Shown: in pieces, positions 37,428 to 48,559 of the stretch
Position numbering within the stretch: the stretch's first letter is position 1
How the letters are laid out: every line of letters starts with the position of its first letter
Source: Selaginella moellendorffii
Taxonomy: Eukaryota; Plantae; Lycopodiophyta
Length of the DNA stretch: 64,000 bases
Reading direction: 5' to 3'
Assembly: GCF_000143415.4 (NCBI RefSeq)
Contig: NW_003314344.1
Coordinates: forward strand, 566,336-630,335
Program-made: the position numbers and the translations under genes
The notes under the pieces: generated by a model
Seen by the model: only the letters and a program-made list of their open reading frames with translations
Told to the model about the DNA's origin: nothing
Databases searched by the model: none

Positions 37428-38399
37428 TCAATGTAGCACTATGTTCACAGGTGCCGCGGCAGCCCAGTGCATTTGCTTGTCCCAAGTCCCGGCATCCATG
37501 TCGTAGGAGAAGTAGGTCGTCTCCGTCTTCATCAAGTCGCAATCTTCCCCGCAAAAGTTCAGGTATTTCCCAGATTGACCAATGAACCAAACCCCGTCAT
37601 TGGCCTGGAAATCAATCACATACTCGCTCACCAACCTGAGCACCACGCCACGTTCCCGCTCAAGCTCCAAGATCTGGACCTTACGCTCGCTGGCAATCAC
37701 TGTCCCTACGTAGAGCTTGGACTTCCAAGCGCCGGCGAGGTAATTGTCCTCGCCATTGGGCAAGACATTCTCAGTATACGAGAAGCTATTACTTGTGGTG
37801 TCGAACTCCACCAGATTCGGGTAGCGCAAGGAATCCAGGCAAAACAGTTTGTTGCCACTCACCACAGGCTTCAACACAAATTCAGTTTCGGAGTCAGATT
37901 CGGAGTCATCAGCCACAGGACTTTCAATGTTGGACCAACCCTCGTCTCCTTGTGTCCAGGTGAAAAGCATGCCATCAGTGCACCACACCACAATCTTATT
38001 GCGCAGGATGCAAGCCCTGGACCAGTCGCCGAAAACCTTGTAGGGAATCTCTTGCCACACGTTGAGAAAAGGATTCCCAAGGAAGAGCTTCCTCTGCTGT
38101 GTAGAGCGAGCCAGCACGCACCGCTGGTCCTCTGACGAGACTGCGCACAGCACGTCCGGGTAGTCACCGCGCGGCGCCCATCGTATGCGCTTGTCGCTGC
38201 TGTCCGTGATGGAGTTGGCGTCGGCGAAGAAGCGACCACTGTCCCTGTATCTGCTCTTGACGCTGGAGCTGTCCGCCGCTGCTTTCCACGCCTTGCAAAC
38301 GGACCTGGCAATGATGAGCGACGAGTAGGGCAGCTTGAGCAATATCTCCTCCACAAGCTCCTGCGGCAGTGTCGTCGTTGTCTTCCTCCTCGCACCCAT
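37428..38399 (-). CDS. F-box protein with a C-terminal beta-propeller-like region
   Basis: LPQELVEEILLKLPYSSLIIARSVCKAW F-box motif; single exon. Confidence 0.9.
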   Translation of the reverse strand: MGARRKTTTTLPQELVEEILLKLPYSSLIIARSVCKAWKAAADSSSVKSRYRDSGRFFADANSITDSSDKRIRWAPRGDYPDVLCAVSSEDQRCVLARSTQQRKLFLGNPFLNVWQEIPYKVFGDWSRACILRNKIVVWCTDGMLFTWTQGDEGWSNIESPVADDSESDSETEFVLKPVVSGNKLFCLDSLRYPNLVEFDTTSNSFSYTENVLPNGEDNYLAGAWKSKLYVGTVIASERKVQILELERERGVVLRLVSEYVIDFQANDGVWFIGQSGKYLNFCGEDCDLMKTETTYFSYDMDAGTWDKQMHWAAAAPVNIVLH

Positions 38400-38516
38400 T
38401 GTACCCTTAGGTTTTCCACTTCCCTTTTTCTAGCTTTTTATGGAGCGAACAAACAAGGCAATATAAGGAATAATGTAGCAATTATTTTATTTTTTATTAT
38501 AAAGAGTCAATTTTTC

Positions 38517-38972
38517 TTAGTGATGGTTAGAAGATGGAGCTGGAGCTGGAGCTGAAGCAGGGCATGACTTGCAAGCTTTCCATAGGAATAAGCCCTTTCC
38601 ACAAAAAAGCTTGCAAAAGTTATAGATACCAGAACCCTTAACACTTTCCTCCTCCTCACCAGACATTGACCTGCATATTTTTTTAATAACCATTTGTTAC
38701 TGCCAAAAATAAAAAAAGAAAGAACTATTACCCTATATTATCATCTTCATATATATGATGCTGTGATGTGACTGAAGTCTTATATTCATCTCTGGCAACA
38801 CCACTTTTGACATAATGCTTAGTATCATATTCATCCTCTTTAAAATCTGAATAGAAATAAATTTTGATTAACACTAATAAAATTATATTAATTTACCTTC
38901 TGCCAAAGCTACTAATCCTGCAGACAAGACCACAAGAGAAATGCAGAGCACAGCAAGGCTTGAACTAGCCAT
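38517..38972 (-). CDS. Small secreted Cys-rich peptide precursor, 3 exons, 114 aa (not in ORF track)
   Basis: Exons 38972-38897, 38846-38732 and 38670-38517 join through GT-AG introns into an open frame: signal peptide, acidic pro-region, CKLFCGKGLFLWKACKSC, APAPAP tail. Confidence 0.75.
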
Positions 38973-39109
38973 GGATTATCAACACCAATCACTCACACTC
39001 TCAATAATCTTCCCTTCCAATTTATACAACCTAAAACTGGAAACGACAATGCAAAGCATAGAATGTCACTAAATACAGCTTTTTTCTTTGGCATGACACG
39101 TGACGATTT

Positions 39110-40230
39110 GTGCAGAGCATGTTGTAAAAAGCATTACAACTCCTAAACAATAGTTAAGTTGGAGATGGCGATTCAACGCTGAGCCGGGGATCCACTCGAT
39201 GAACCTTTCGCTAAGTGTATGGTTCACAACACAAACAAGGCAGTCAATCTCGTCGTCACTGGCGGCAATGCTAGGAACGCAGCTCTCTAGATCCGAGAGC
39301 CTCCCTGGCGCAACTTTGTGCTCTTTCCTAGCCGTCGCGCTGCAACGATCGCGTTTCGTGCCTCCAGATACTCCTGGAACTCCTCACTGTTGTCAGGGAA
39401 GAGTTCTACCACCGCAGAGTTTATGCATAGCATCCACTTGTCCATGAAACACGAACCTTTACGCTCGAGGAGGTGTGGTGGCAGCAGCGTCACTGAAAGA
39501 ACGGTCTTTCGCCCAGTTCATGAGCGAGATTGTAAGCTCACACCCTGTTTATCTTCCAGCAGCGGCCCCCAGTCCATGAGAATCCTCTGAATTCCAACGT
39601 ATATCGCGTCTGCCAAGTTTGATGTGTCGATCCCCTGGAAGGTTAATCCATCCCTGCGAAACACCTGTGCGAGCTCTCTCAGAGAAGAACTTGAACGTAA
39701 CTCGCACCTCGAGCTTGGTGAGCAGGGCTGTCAACGTGGAAGAAGAGGCAGCTGCAGAGGTTCTTCGTAGAGACTCCATACTTCTCGCCAGATGCAAAGA
39801 TGTCGTGCATAGACTAGCCGTCGAGAGGCTCGGTCCAGCTGAGCTCGGGATGGAGGAGATACTTGTTAGCTCGTCGGTGTTCTAGCGTTGCTGCGTAGCC
39901 AAATGGAAGGAGCATTCCCGAGTGGCAGTCGTTCCAAGAGAACCTGTGCTGAGGCTGGAGAAGAACAAGCTTGCGTTCCAACAAGTCGGGACGGCCAAAC
40001 ACCACCCTCCACCTCATCTCAAGAGCGTCCCAGACTTTGTTTCCAAAGCTTGCAACCAGAGAAAGCTTGGAGCGCTTGGGATCATCTGAGCTCTTTGATA
40101 GAACCGAGCGTGCCAGATCATTGATCACGGTGTTCTACTGAGACGTGAGGCAGGAGGAATACCAAAGAGCTATCACAGCAGCAACAGCGTGCCTGGCCTT
40201 TGAAAGAATCTGGGAGTCATGTTTCTATGA
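39110..40230 (-). pseudogene. Disrupted coding-like sequence of unknown family
   Basis: GC-rich, consecutive partial ORFs (39814-40128, 39549-39797, 39287-39493) broken by stops and frameshifts; no recognised motif. Confidence 0.35.
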
Positions 40231-40513
40231 TGTTATTATTTGAATAACATGGTTTAATAAATAGCATTAAATAGAAATAGCATTACTATTAAGCAAATCA
40301 AGTGTAATACATAATAAATTATTTAACTAATAAATAATAATGATATTAATTTCATTTAAATATCATCAACCTAAATATTATACATTTAAGACTTATCAAA
40401 ACACTCATTCCATTGATCCTTCATCAATTTATGATATTAAGTTCCATAGGCCACTGTTATTCAAATTTATTTTTTCTTTTTATGTTAATAGCAGCTTGAT
40501 ATTTATTTGCTCT

Positions 40514-40690
40514 TGTGAGGGCCAAGTGTATGATTATGATGCCATATACTAATATTAGCGTAGTGGGATTTTAGTAGCTGTTGGATTGATTTCAATCCGG
40601 ACCACTCGCTTTTGTATATAAGCTAGGGTTTTTGGATTAATTGATATGCACACATTTCTATATTCCCTTTCCATATTCCAAGCACTCACA
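40514..40690 (+). repeat. 5' LTR of the Gypsy element
   Basis: 177 bp; by manual alignment, 13 substitutions and 2 small indels versus the 3' LTR. Confidence 0.93.
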
Positions 40691-40920
40691 TTGGTGGAGG
40701 TGAGGGGCACCTTTGATTGCCCCTAAAGAGTGCTTGAATTTGGGATTTTGGTTTAGATCTAGCTTTTGCATCGTCTAGATCTAACTTTTTCCATTTCTTT
40801 TCTTTTATTCTTCCCTTTCAGGATTTTGGTTTAGATTTAGCTTTTTGCATTATCTAGATCTCCCATTTCCTTCTCGTTTTTTGTCATTTTTCTTCTTTTG
40901 CTCTTTCTTTGTCCGTCTTC

Positions 40921-41871
40921 ATGGCAGATCAGCAATCTCCTCCATTGACTCTAGAGTAGCAGTTGGTCCAATTGCTTGATGCTATGCGCTTGCAATTCAA
41001 CAACCAAACTCAATTGATGGCGGCATTCATGGCACATGGTCCAACTCCTCCTGCTCTTGGTGCCAATCCTCGTGTTCGGCTGAAGTTCTTTCATAGGAAT
41101 CTTGGGGATGATGTGTACCATTGGTTCGATTACTTCACAGTGATTGCCACATATCATTCTTGGGATGATGCTTGACGTTTGCCTGAGTTTCCCATGTGTC
41201 TCCAAGGGACGGCATTGCAGTGGTACAATGGATTGAGTGCGGCCACTCGTGGGGATTGGAGTGTTCTTCCAGCCGTCTTCAAACGTGCCTTCAAACATGC
41301 CAACGATTGTGACGATGCCTTCCAACAATTGCATCGTATTCACCAAGGGCCATCTGAGTCAGTGATGCAATTTGGCATTTGTTTCCGAAGTCTTTTGCAT
41401 CGTGCGGAGCCCAATATGTCGGAGAGGATCAAGCTAGGAATGTTGTGGCCAACACTTCGTCAAGATCTTGTCGGCCTTGTGCATGCACTTGCTCTTGCCA
41501 CCCTTGATGATGCTCTTCGCTTGGCACAACATTATGAGATGTCGCCTCTTCCACTTCTCGCTGCACGTCCTTCTACTCCACTTCCTATGAGTGATGGTCC
41601 TGTTCCAATGGAGGTTAATGCTGTTGCTGCTCGTGTCCAAGGACAAGGGCGAGGACGTGGACGTGGCCGTAATGTTCATTGCTGGGCGTGTGATGAAGTT
41701 GGTCATACTTATCAGCGTTGTCAGCACTTTCCGGATTGGCGACCTCCATTTCCTGGGTGGAGACCTTGGCATCAGCAACGTCCCGTTGGTGCTGCTGCAG
41801 TGGAAGGTTTGGACACCGAGGTGCATTCGGGAAATGAGGAGTCGCGCGAGTGGAGGACCTTGCGCGAATAA
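40921..41871 (+). pseudogene. Gypsy gag (one in-frame stop near 41176)
   Basis: LQGTALQWY, QGPSESV, GPVPMEVNAV and a CCHC knuckle CWACDEVGHTYQRC. Confidence 0.9.
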
Positions 41872-42458
41872 GTTAGTGACCCCTCCATCTTTCTTTCGGG
41901 AGTATCATCAAGGGGTTCACTCGGCACCGGTTCATCCAGTGTTTACTTTCCAAGCTCGTTTTTATAACAAGAGGTCTCCTATTATTCTCTCCGTGTTGGT
42001 TGATATAGATTCGAGTTTATCTTATATTGCTCAACCTGTTGCCACACGTTGTCATCTACACTTGCGTAGTGCGGTGGATCCAGTTTTCATTCTTTATGGC
42101 AACGGCCGTACACATGCATGTGCACGAGATGAGGCGGACTTGGTTGTGCATGTGGGTGATCTCGAGCTTGAGTTGCAGTCGTTGCGGGTGGTGTTGAGTC
42201 AAGCTTTTGACCTCATTCTTGGTATAGATTGGTTGCAGCACAATCATGCCAAGTGTGACTTTAAGGCTTCTCCCCCTTGTCTCATACTTCCTTATGTTTC
42301 ATCCGTTCCTTTCACTTCTGTACCTCTTCATCCCTCTACTTCTACCTTTGCTTCCATTACTTTTGTTCCCCCACTATTTCCTCTTATGTTTCCATCTTGT
42401 TTTGCTCTTCCCTTTTCCGATCCCTCTGATGATCTTTGTGTTATAACTGTTGACCAAC

Positions 42459-43049
42459 TGTAAGCAACCAAAGGGAATGACTCGAGAGACGATCCATGGG
42501 GTTCAAATATAGAGGGAAAGGGCCCATGAATAAGAGTGCACCCCCTTTTCCAATCGGTTAAGGGTCTTGGGATATTTGGGGTTAAGCATCCTTGGGTTTG
42601 AATAGTACTGGGTTGGGTGACCTCCTGGGAAGTCCAAACTCAGGAGCTTACATTTGGTATCAGAGCAGTCGGGTCTGACTCTGTTGGTTGGCTAAGGGAA
42701 TCACACCACATGTTGATTGACATCTGGCTGGTCCAGTTTGCTCCCACTGGGCTCGACCCAAGGGGTAGGGTGTCAAGAGAGCGGGGCTCTCGGGAGAGCT
42801 ACGGCTCTCAGCTTCCGTTCACAAGGGCGTGAACTTGCAGGGAAGCGTGGTGGATTGTAAGCAACCAAAGGGAATGACTCGAGAGACGATCCATGGGGTT
42901 CAAATATAGAGGGAAAGGGCCCATGAATAAGAGTGCACCCCCTTTTCCAATCGGTTAAAGGTCTTGGGATATTTGGGGTTAAACGTCCTTGGGTTTGAAT
43001 AGTACTGGGCTGGGTGACCTCCCAGGAAGTCCAAACTCAGGAGCTTACA
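42459..43049 (+). mobile_element. Cassandra-type TRIM (5S-rRNA-derived segment in LTRs)
   Basis: 194-bp TG..CA LTRs at 42459-42652 and 42856-43049; tRNA-Met PBS TGGTATCAGAGC at 42655; 203-bp non-coding interior; TSD CCAAC/CCAGC; 5S-like GTTAAGC..TAGTACTGGGTTGGGTGACCTCCTGGGAAGTCC. Confidence 0.92.
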
Positions 43050-43305
43050 CCAGCTCATGAAGGAGTATTCTGATCTCTTTGAATTTAACCTATCATCTAG
43101 GGCCAAGATTGCCACACGTCATCCGATTCCCACCGGGGATGCTCGTCCAATCAAGGTTCCTGTTTGACTATTGTCCGTTAAATGAAGTGGCGATCTCTGC
43201 TGATCTCTTGGATCATCTAGGGAAAGTCGTTGGTTCACCAAGCTAGATCGGGAAAGTCGTTGGTTCACCAAGCTAGATCTTGCTTCTGGGTACTGGCAAG
43301 TACCG

Positions 43306-43501
43306 TGTAAGCTCCTAAGTTTGGACTTCCCGGGAAGTCACCCAGCCCAGTACTATTCAAACCCAAGGACGCTTAACCCCAAGTATCCCAAGACCCTTAA
43401 CCGATTGGAAAAGGGGGTGCACTCTTATTCATGGGCCCTTTCCCTCTATATTTGAACCCCTATGGATCGTCTCTCGAGTCGTTCCCTTTTGGTTGCTTAC
43501 A
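43306..43501 (-). mobile_element. Cassandra-type solo LTR inside the Gypsy RT
   Basis: Reverse complement of the same LTR, perfect TACCG TSD (43301-43305 / 43502-43506), splits the YWQV|PM motif. Confidence 0.93.
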
Positions 43502-44444
43502 TACCGATGGCCGAAAAAGATAATCTTAAAACTACTTTTCGTACACCATTTGGTTTGTACGAGTTTTTAGTGATGCCGTTTGGTTTGAACAATGCTCTAG
43601 CAACTTTCTAGTGGATGATGGACGAGGTTCTTTGTGATATGCCAGAGGTGACTGTTAACTTCATTGATGATGTCTTGATTCACTTAGAGGGGACATGGGA
43701 GGAGCACGTTCATGATGTTTGTAAAGCATTAGATTGGTTGCGCGATGTTAGTTTAAAGCTGAAGTAGTCTAAGTGCATATTTGGGTCTAAGGATACAACT
43801 TATCTTGGGTACCGTATTTCTCGTGAGGGTTTGCAAGTTGATCCTGACAAACTTGTGGCTGTTCTAAAGTTCCCTACTCCGAAGTGTGTGAATGATGTGC
43901 AACGCTTCTTGGGCAAGGTTCAATATCTCGGTCGTTTTGTGGATCATCTTTTTCATCGCACTGCACCCTTGTGAGCGTTGCTGAAGTCATCAACATCATC
44001 TTTCATCTGGTCTCTGGATTGTGAACGGGCATTTGGGGATCTCAAAGAGCTATTGATGACTCCTCCGGTTTTGGCGTATCCTAACTACACTCGACCTTTT
44101 ATTTTGCGCGTGGATGCTTCTAACATTGGTTTTGGAGGTGTATTGATACAAGAGAGCTTGAGTGTGCCTGGTCAGTGCCATCTTATTGCGTATATAAACC
44201 GTACATAAGCTCTATTTCGTTAAAGTGGGATTTATTCAGTAAAATGGGACTAAGTACAAATTTTCAAGTATTTGAAAATGATGTGAAATTATATGTTTTT
44301 TGTCCAGGGGCTAGACATATCTGGGGCATGGTGACTAGCGCGGTGACTTTGTGTCTAGACTGAGTCCATCTGGTTGTATAATAAATCTCATTGTCAAGAT
44401 GGACTGTCTGTTGGACCTTTTGTTCCTTGAACTCAGTTTTGATT

Positions 44445-45332
44445 CTATAGAATGTGGTTCGAGGGACTCCATGCCTTCATGCAGACCAAACCCCTCTGGA
44501 AGACCATGCCCCCCACCTGATGTTCTGAAGCATCAACAGATGACCATAATGCCTCATACACAAAATTGCGAGCTGCCTTCCAGGACAATGTCTTGTATCT
44601 TGCTCTCTCCTCTTCAATAGCATCCCAATCAGCATGTTGACAGCACCTCCTCTTGCAACAAGCAACTGTTGAGACCATTCGAACCTCCATCGCCATTTTC
44701 TACCTTTTCGGTTCGTTGCTTAGATCCCTTTGGCTGTGCTTTAGGAAGGTGTATTTTCTTTTCCCATGAAGAGATGTTCTGTCATTAGTTGTAGTGGTGT
44801 TTGATTGTGAATCCTTCACATTCTCAAACACTAAGTGCCTCAATTTCCACTGCACAATGCTTCCAATAGTCAGATTGTTTTCTTCTGTGTCAACAACCTC
44901 TAAAATCGCAACTCCAATATCATCCCAGCCCAATTCTTGATTAGTAACCGCATCTCTTGGATCGACAACTGTGGCTAAGCCCTCAGCTACCACCTCCCCC
45001 TCGGGGTTGTTTAGAAACACCTTTGCCTGAATCCATGTAGCACGGTTCTTAAGATCTACGGAGACATGCGTCGCACTTGCGTTGTCCCCAACATCTGCTT
45101 TCTTCTGAAGAGTTTTCAAGGCAACAACAACATTTACCCCGACGACCATCTCTCCTCGTTCAATAGCGACCACATTCCCATCAAAGACAATCTCTACTGA
45201 TACAGTAGCATTGCCTTTCCCAAGCCTTTGACAGTGTATAACAAAGTTCCGATCCATAGACACAAGGGTCTCTTTTGCAACTCTCTTCCCACCATTCAAA
45301 ATGTAAACCTTTTCCCCAACCCTGAAGGCCAT
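44445..45332 (-). pseudogene. Transposase-like N-terminal remnant (one stop, catalytic core apparently deleted)
   Basis: ORFs 44700-45332 and 44445-44696 are in frame across one stop; two TnpA/DUF8039-like beta modules, then CCKRRCC..R..Y..L..VCMKAW resembling Sola-type N-termini; homology ends abruptly. Confidence 0.55.
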
Positions 45333-46020
45333 TCTAAAAGTGCAGAAAAGAAGTTAAGACCATACAAAAAATGATTGGAGAATGGCCTAAATCATAACAT
45401 ACCAAACAACCTCAATAGCATGAGGCCACATGCCATTATTCAAACATGCTATTGACACCCACGTGAAATTTCGCATTCACAAAATTGGCATGAGGCCTCA
45501 TGCCATCTTGATAAACAGACAGCTACAAGCAGGTAAAGAAACTATTAGCAATATGCTAGTGATGAACTTGCAAGGCCCCAAGATGGCATGAGGCCTCATG
45601 CCATCTTGATATACACACAGCTGCAGGCAAGTAAAAACATACATGACAATACGCTAGCCATGAAATTGCAAGGGCCCAAGATGGCATGTGGCCTCATACC
45701 ATTTCTAAATGTGGTCCTAAGCCATTCCATGGTGAACATACCAGGAAGCACAAGTGCTGAATATCAAGAGGAAGCGGTAGCCACACCAAAGACAGTGCCG
45801 CTCGCAACACCGCAACTGTTCGTAGCGCCGCTCGCACAAATTGCCACTCGCATAAACTGCCGCTCGCAATGGCGCTCGCAATGCCGCAACTGCTCGTAGA
45901 CGCATAAACCACAGCTCACAACGCCACTTACACAAGCAGCGCTCATTGCGCTCAGCGAAACCAAGAACACGGCACACAAAAATGATAGACGTAGGAATGA
46001 GTTTGAGAATTCAAAAATAA

Positions 46021-47958
46021 CACACGCTTGAACGTCACATCAAATCCTCTGACAAACCAGATCTTATGATTCCTTTGACAAATTTCAAACTGAGTAGCTT
46101 CTAGACTTTGCTGTCGGACGTTGAACTTTGTCACATCATGTCCTTGCCTCGATCCAGCTGTGCCATGTCAGTGATTCGAACTTTGCCATGCCATGTCAGC
46201 GATCCGCGCCAAGATTATTCGCCGTGTAAAGGAATAATTATGCTGTGTGTGTACGTCCATTTATGGCAATATAAGGCCACACGCCATTCAAAGAATAATG
46301 CTAGTCGAGCATTTTTTTGTGCATTTTTGGGTTCAAAATTGCATGAGCCCACACGCTATAAAGTTTACCTGTACCAAAAATAGAAACAGCTTTATTTACT
46401 TGGGAATTTAAGTGGTTGAGGCATTTTTAAACTTACAAACACATGCCCTACTTACATTCCTTTGATTTTTTAAAATTCAAAAATATTATAAACCTTTCTT
46501 TTTGCATTTTCAATGTTTTCAATTATGGTTTTTGATTTTCGCAGGACCAGCCTAGTAATCTATTTGCATCCTGTCATGTTTATAGCTAGCTTTCGTTTGT
46601 CCCCTTCGCTAGCCTGAGATACATCTGCTTGGCATCTGCCTTTTACAGCATTTGCCCAGAAAGGGCATCTTTCTTCACGCAGCATTTGCCATATGTTTAG
46701 GGTTTAGGGTTTAGGGTTTAGCAATTCAGTAGCTTGATAAACATGCAAATACAAAACTTGATGCAAAATCCTTTGATATGTCACAATGCCCCTAGGACCA
46801 TAAACACATTTCAATAGAGAGGGTCTTTTCATTTCATAACTCCTTACGTAGATCTTGGTGAAACCAGAGTTAGTGAAGTTAGTTTCTTGTGATCCCACAT
46901 CTGATTGTGATGTCCCTTTGCAGTGTCGATGGAAAGGTCAATGCACACCAAACTGTAGAATCTTGGAGCAAAATAACGGTCGGATCTATGGCAAATGCCC
47001 CTAAAACATTGTAAGGCTTATGTGGTCTCATGTGGTGTCCGATTGAGATGTTTCTTTGCAGGGTCATCAAGAAGGACATTGAATACCATTTTGTAAAATC
47101 TAGTTACAATCTAACGGTTGGATCTCCAGAAAACTCAAAACAATCTCGCGTGTGTCAGAATATTCTAGGAATATACTCCTATGTGCCCCTGAAAATGGCA
47201 TGTGGCCCCACGCCATTCAAGAGATAACGCCAGATGATGCCGAGCATTTTTTGGTGCATTTTTTGGGATCAAAATTGCATGAGCCCACACGCTTGAACGT
47301 CACATCAAATCCTCTGACAAACCAGATCTTATGATTCCTTTGACAAATTTCAAACTGAGTAGCTTCTAGACTTTGCTGTCGGACGTTGAACTTTGTCACA
47401 TCATGTCCTTGCCTCGATCCAGCTGTGCCATGTCAGTGATTCGAACTTTGCCATGCCATGTCAGCGATCTGCGCCAAGATTATTCGCCGTGTAACTGCTC
47501 GGCATTTGCCTCTTACAGCATTTGCCTAGAAAGGGCATCTTTCTTCACGCAGCATTTGCCACATATTTAGGGAGGGTTTAGGGTTTAGCAATTCAGTAGC
47601 TTGATAAACATGCAAATACAAAACTTGATGCAAAATCCTTTGATATGTCACAATGCCCCTAGGACCATAAACACATCTCAATAGAGAGGGTCCTTTTATT
47701 TCATAACTCCTTACGTAGATCTTGGTGAAACCAGAGTTAGTGAAGTTGGTTTCTTGTGATCCCGCATCTGATTGTGATGTCCCTTTGCAGTGTCGATGGA
47801 AAGGTCAATACACAGCAAACTGTAGAATCTTGGAGCAAAATAACAGTCAGATCTATGGCAAATGCCCCTGAAACATTGTAAAGCTCGTGTGGTCTCATGT
47901 GGTGTCTGATCAAGATGCTTCTTTGCAGGGTCATCAAGAAGGACATTGTATACCATTC
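46021..47958. repeat. Internal mosaic duplication with interstitial TTTAGGG repeats
   Basis: 46021-46229 ~ 47286-47494; 46625-47093 ~ 47494-47958; (TTTAGGG)n at 46695-46721 and 47566-47588. Confidence 0.88.
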
Positions 47959-48559
47959 TTTATTTAGCTGAACATCTGGCATTTTTGGAAATACAAGATG
48001 CTTTGGAATATCCAATCATGTATGGTATAAATATAGCGAGGGTTTTAAATGATATCCCAATCATGATCTTTCTTTTGGATTTCGCGTGCATGCACTTCGA
48101 GGAATGATGACGTTGCGGATTTCTTTTGGATTTCACATGTATACATGCGCGCGGCGATCCAGAAATTAATGGTGGCGCCCAAGTCCGAGGAATGATGACG
48201 TTGCGGGATTACCAACCGTCGTGACATTTCGCGCGTGTGAGGTTAGGTTTTGCATTTTGCTTCGTACTCGCGCTCGCATCGCGCTCGCACTCGCGATCAT
48301 GCTCACATTCGCGCTCATCTACCTTCTCTACAAGTTTCTCGTGTGCATCGGCGTCCACTCGCGCTTGCATCACACTCGCGCTCGCATCGCGCTCGTGTGC
48401 ATCGGTGTCCACTTCAAGACACACCCAGTTTGTAACTTCGCCGCCAACTCTGCCGCCCACTCCGCCACCCACACGCAGTCCACTTGGCGTCCCGGGAGAT
48501 TTCAGCGCCACTCTCCAACTGTAAGTGGCAGAGTAGCTTTGCTGCTACAATCCGCTGCA

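Larger units (their letters stand above)
41880..44206 (+). pseudogene. Gypsy protease, reverse transcriptase and start of RNase H, interrupted by TRIMs
   Basis: LVDIDSS/DLILGIDWL protease; LDLASGYWQV|PM, VMPFGL and FIDD RT motifs; VDAS RNase H. Confidence 0.9.

Noticed and set aside
41826-41870. G GGA AAT slippery-like heptamer plus hairpin at the gag end (GGGAAAC in the second copy) as a -1 frameshift signal
   Set aside because: The protease frame is +1 relative to gag in this copy and the -1 frame is closed; cannot be supported without an intact copy.
42575-42640. 5S rRNA gene
   Set aside because: Only the internal-promoter portion is present, embedded in TRIM LTRs.
45416-45701. CRISPR-like array (palindromic repeats with spacers)
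   Set aside because: Eukaryotic context, irregular spacing, spacers partly homologous to each other, no cas genes.
48221-48524. Overlapping ORFs over CGCGCTCGCAT-type repeats (similar tract at 45780-45950)
   Set aside because: Low-complexity GC-rich sequence gives open frames on both strands; more likely promoter or 5' regions of the two element genes.
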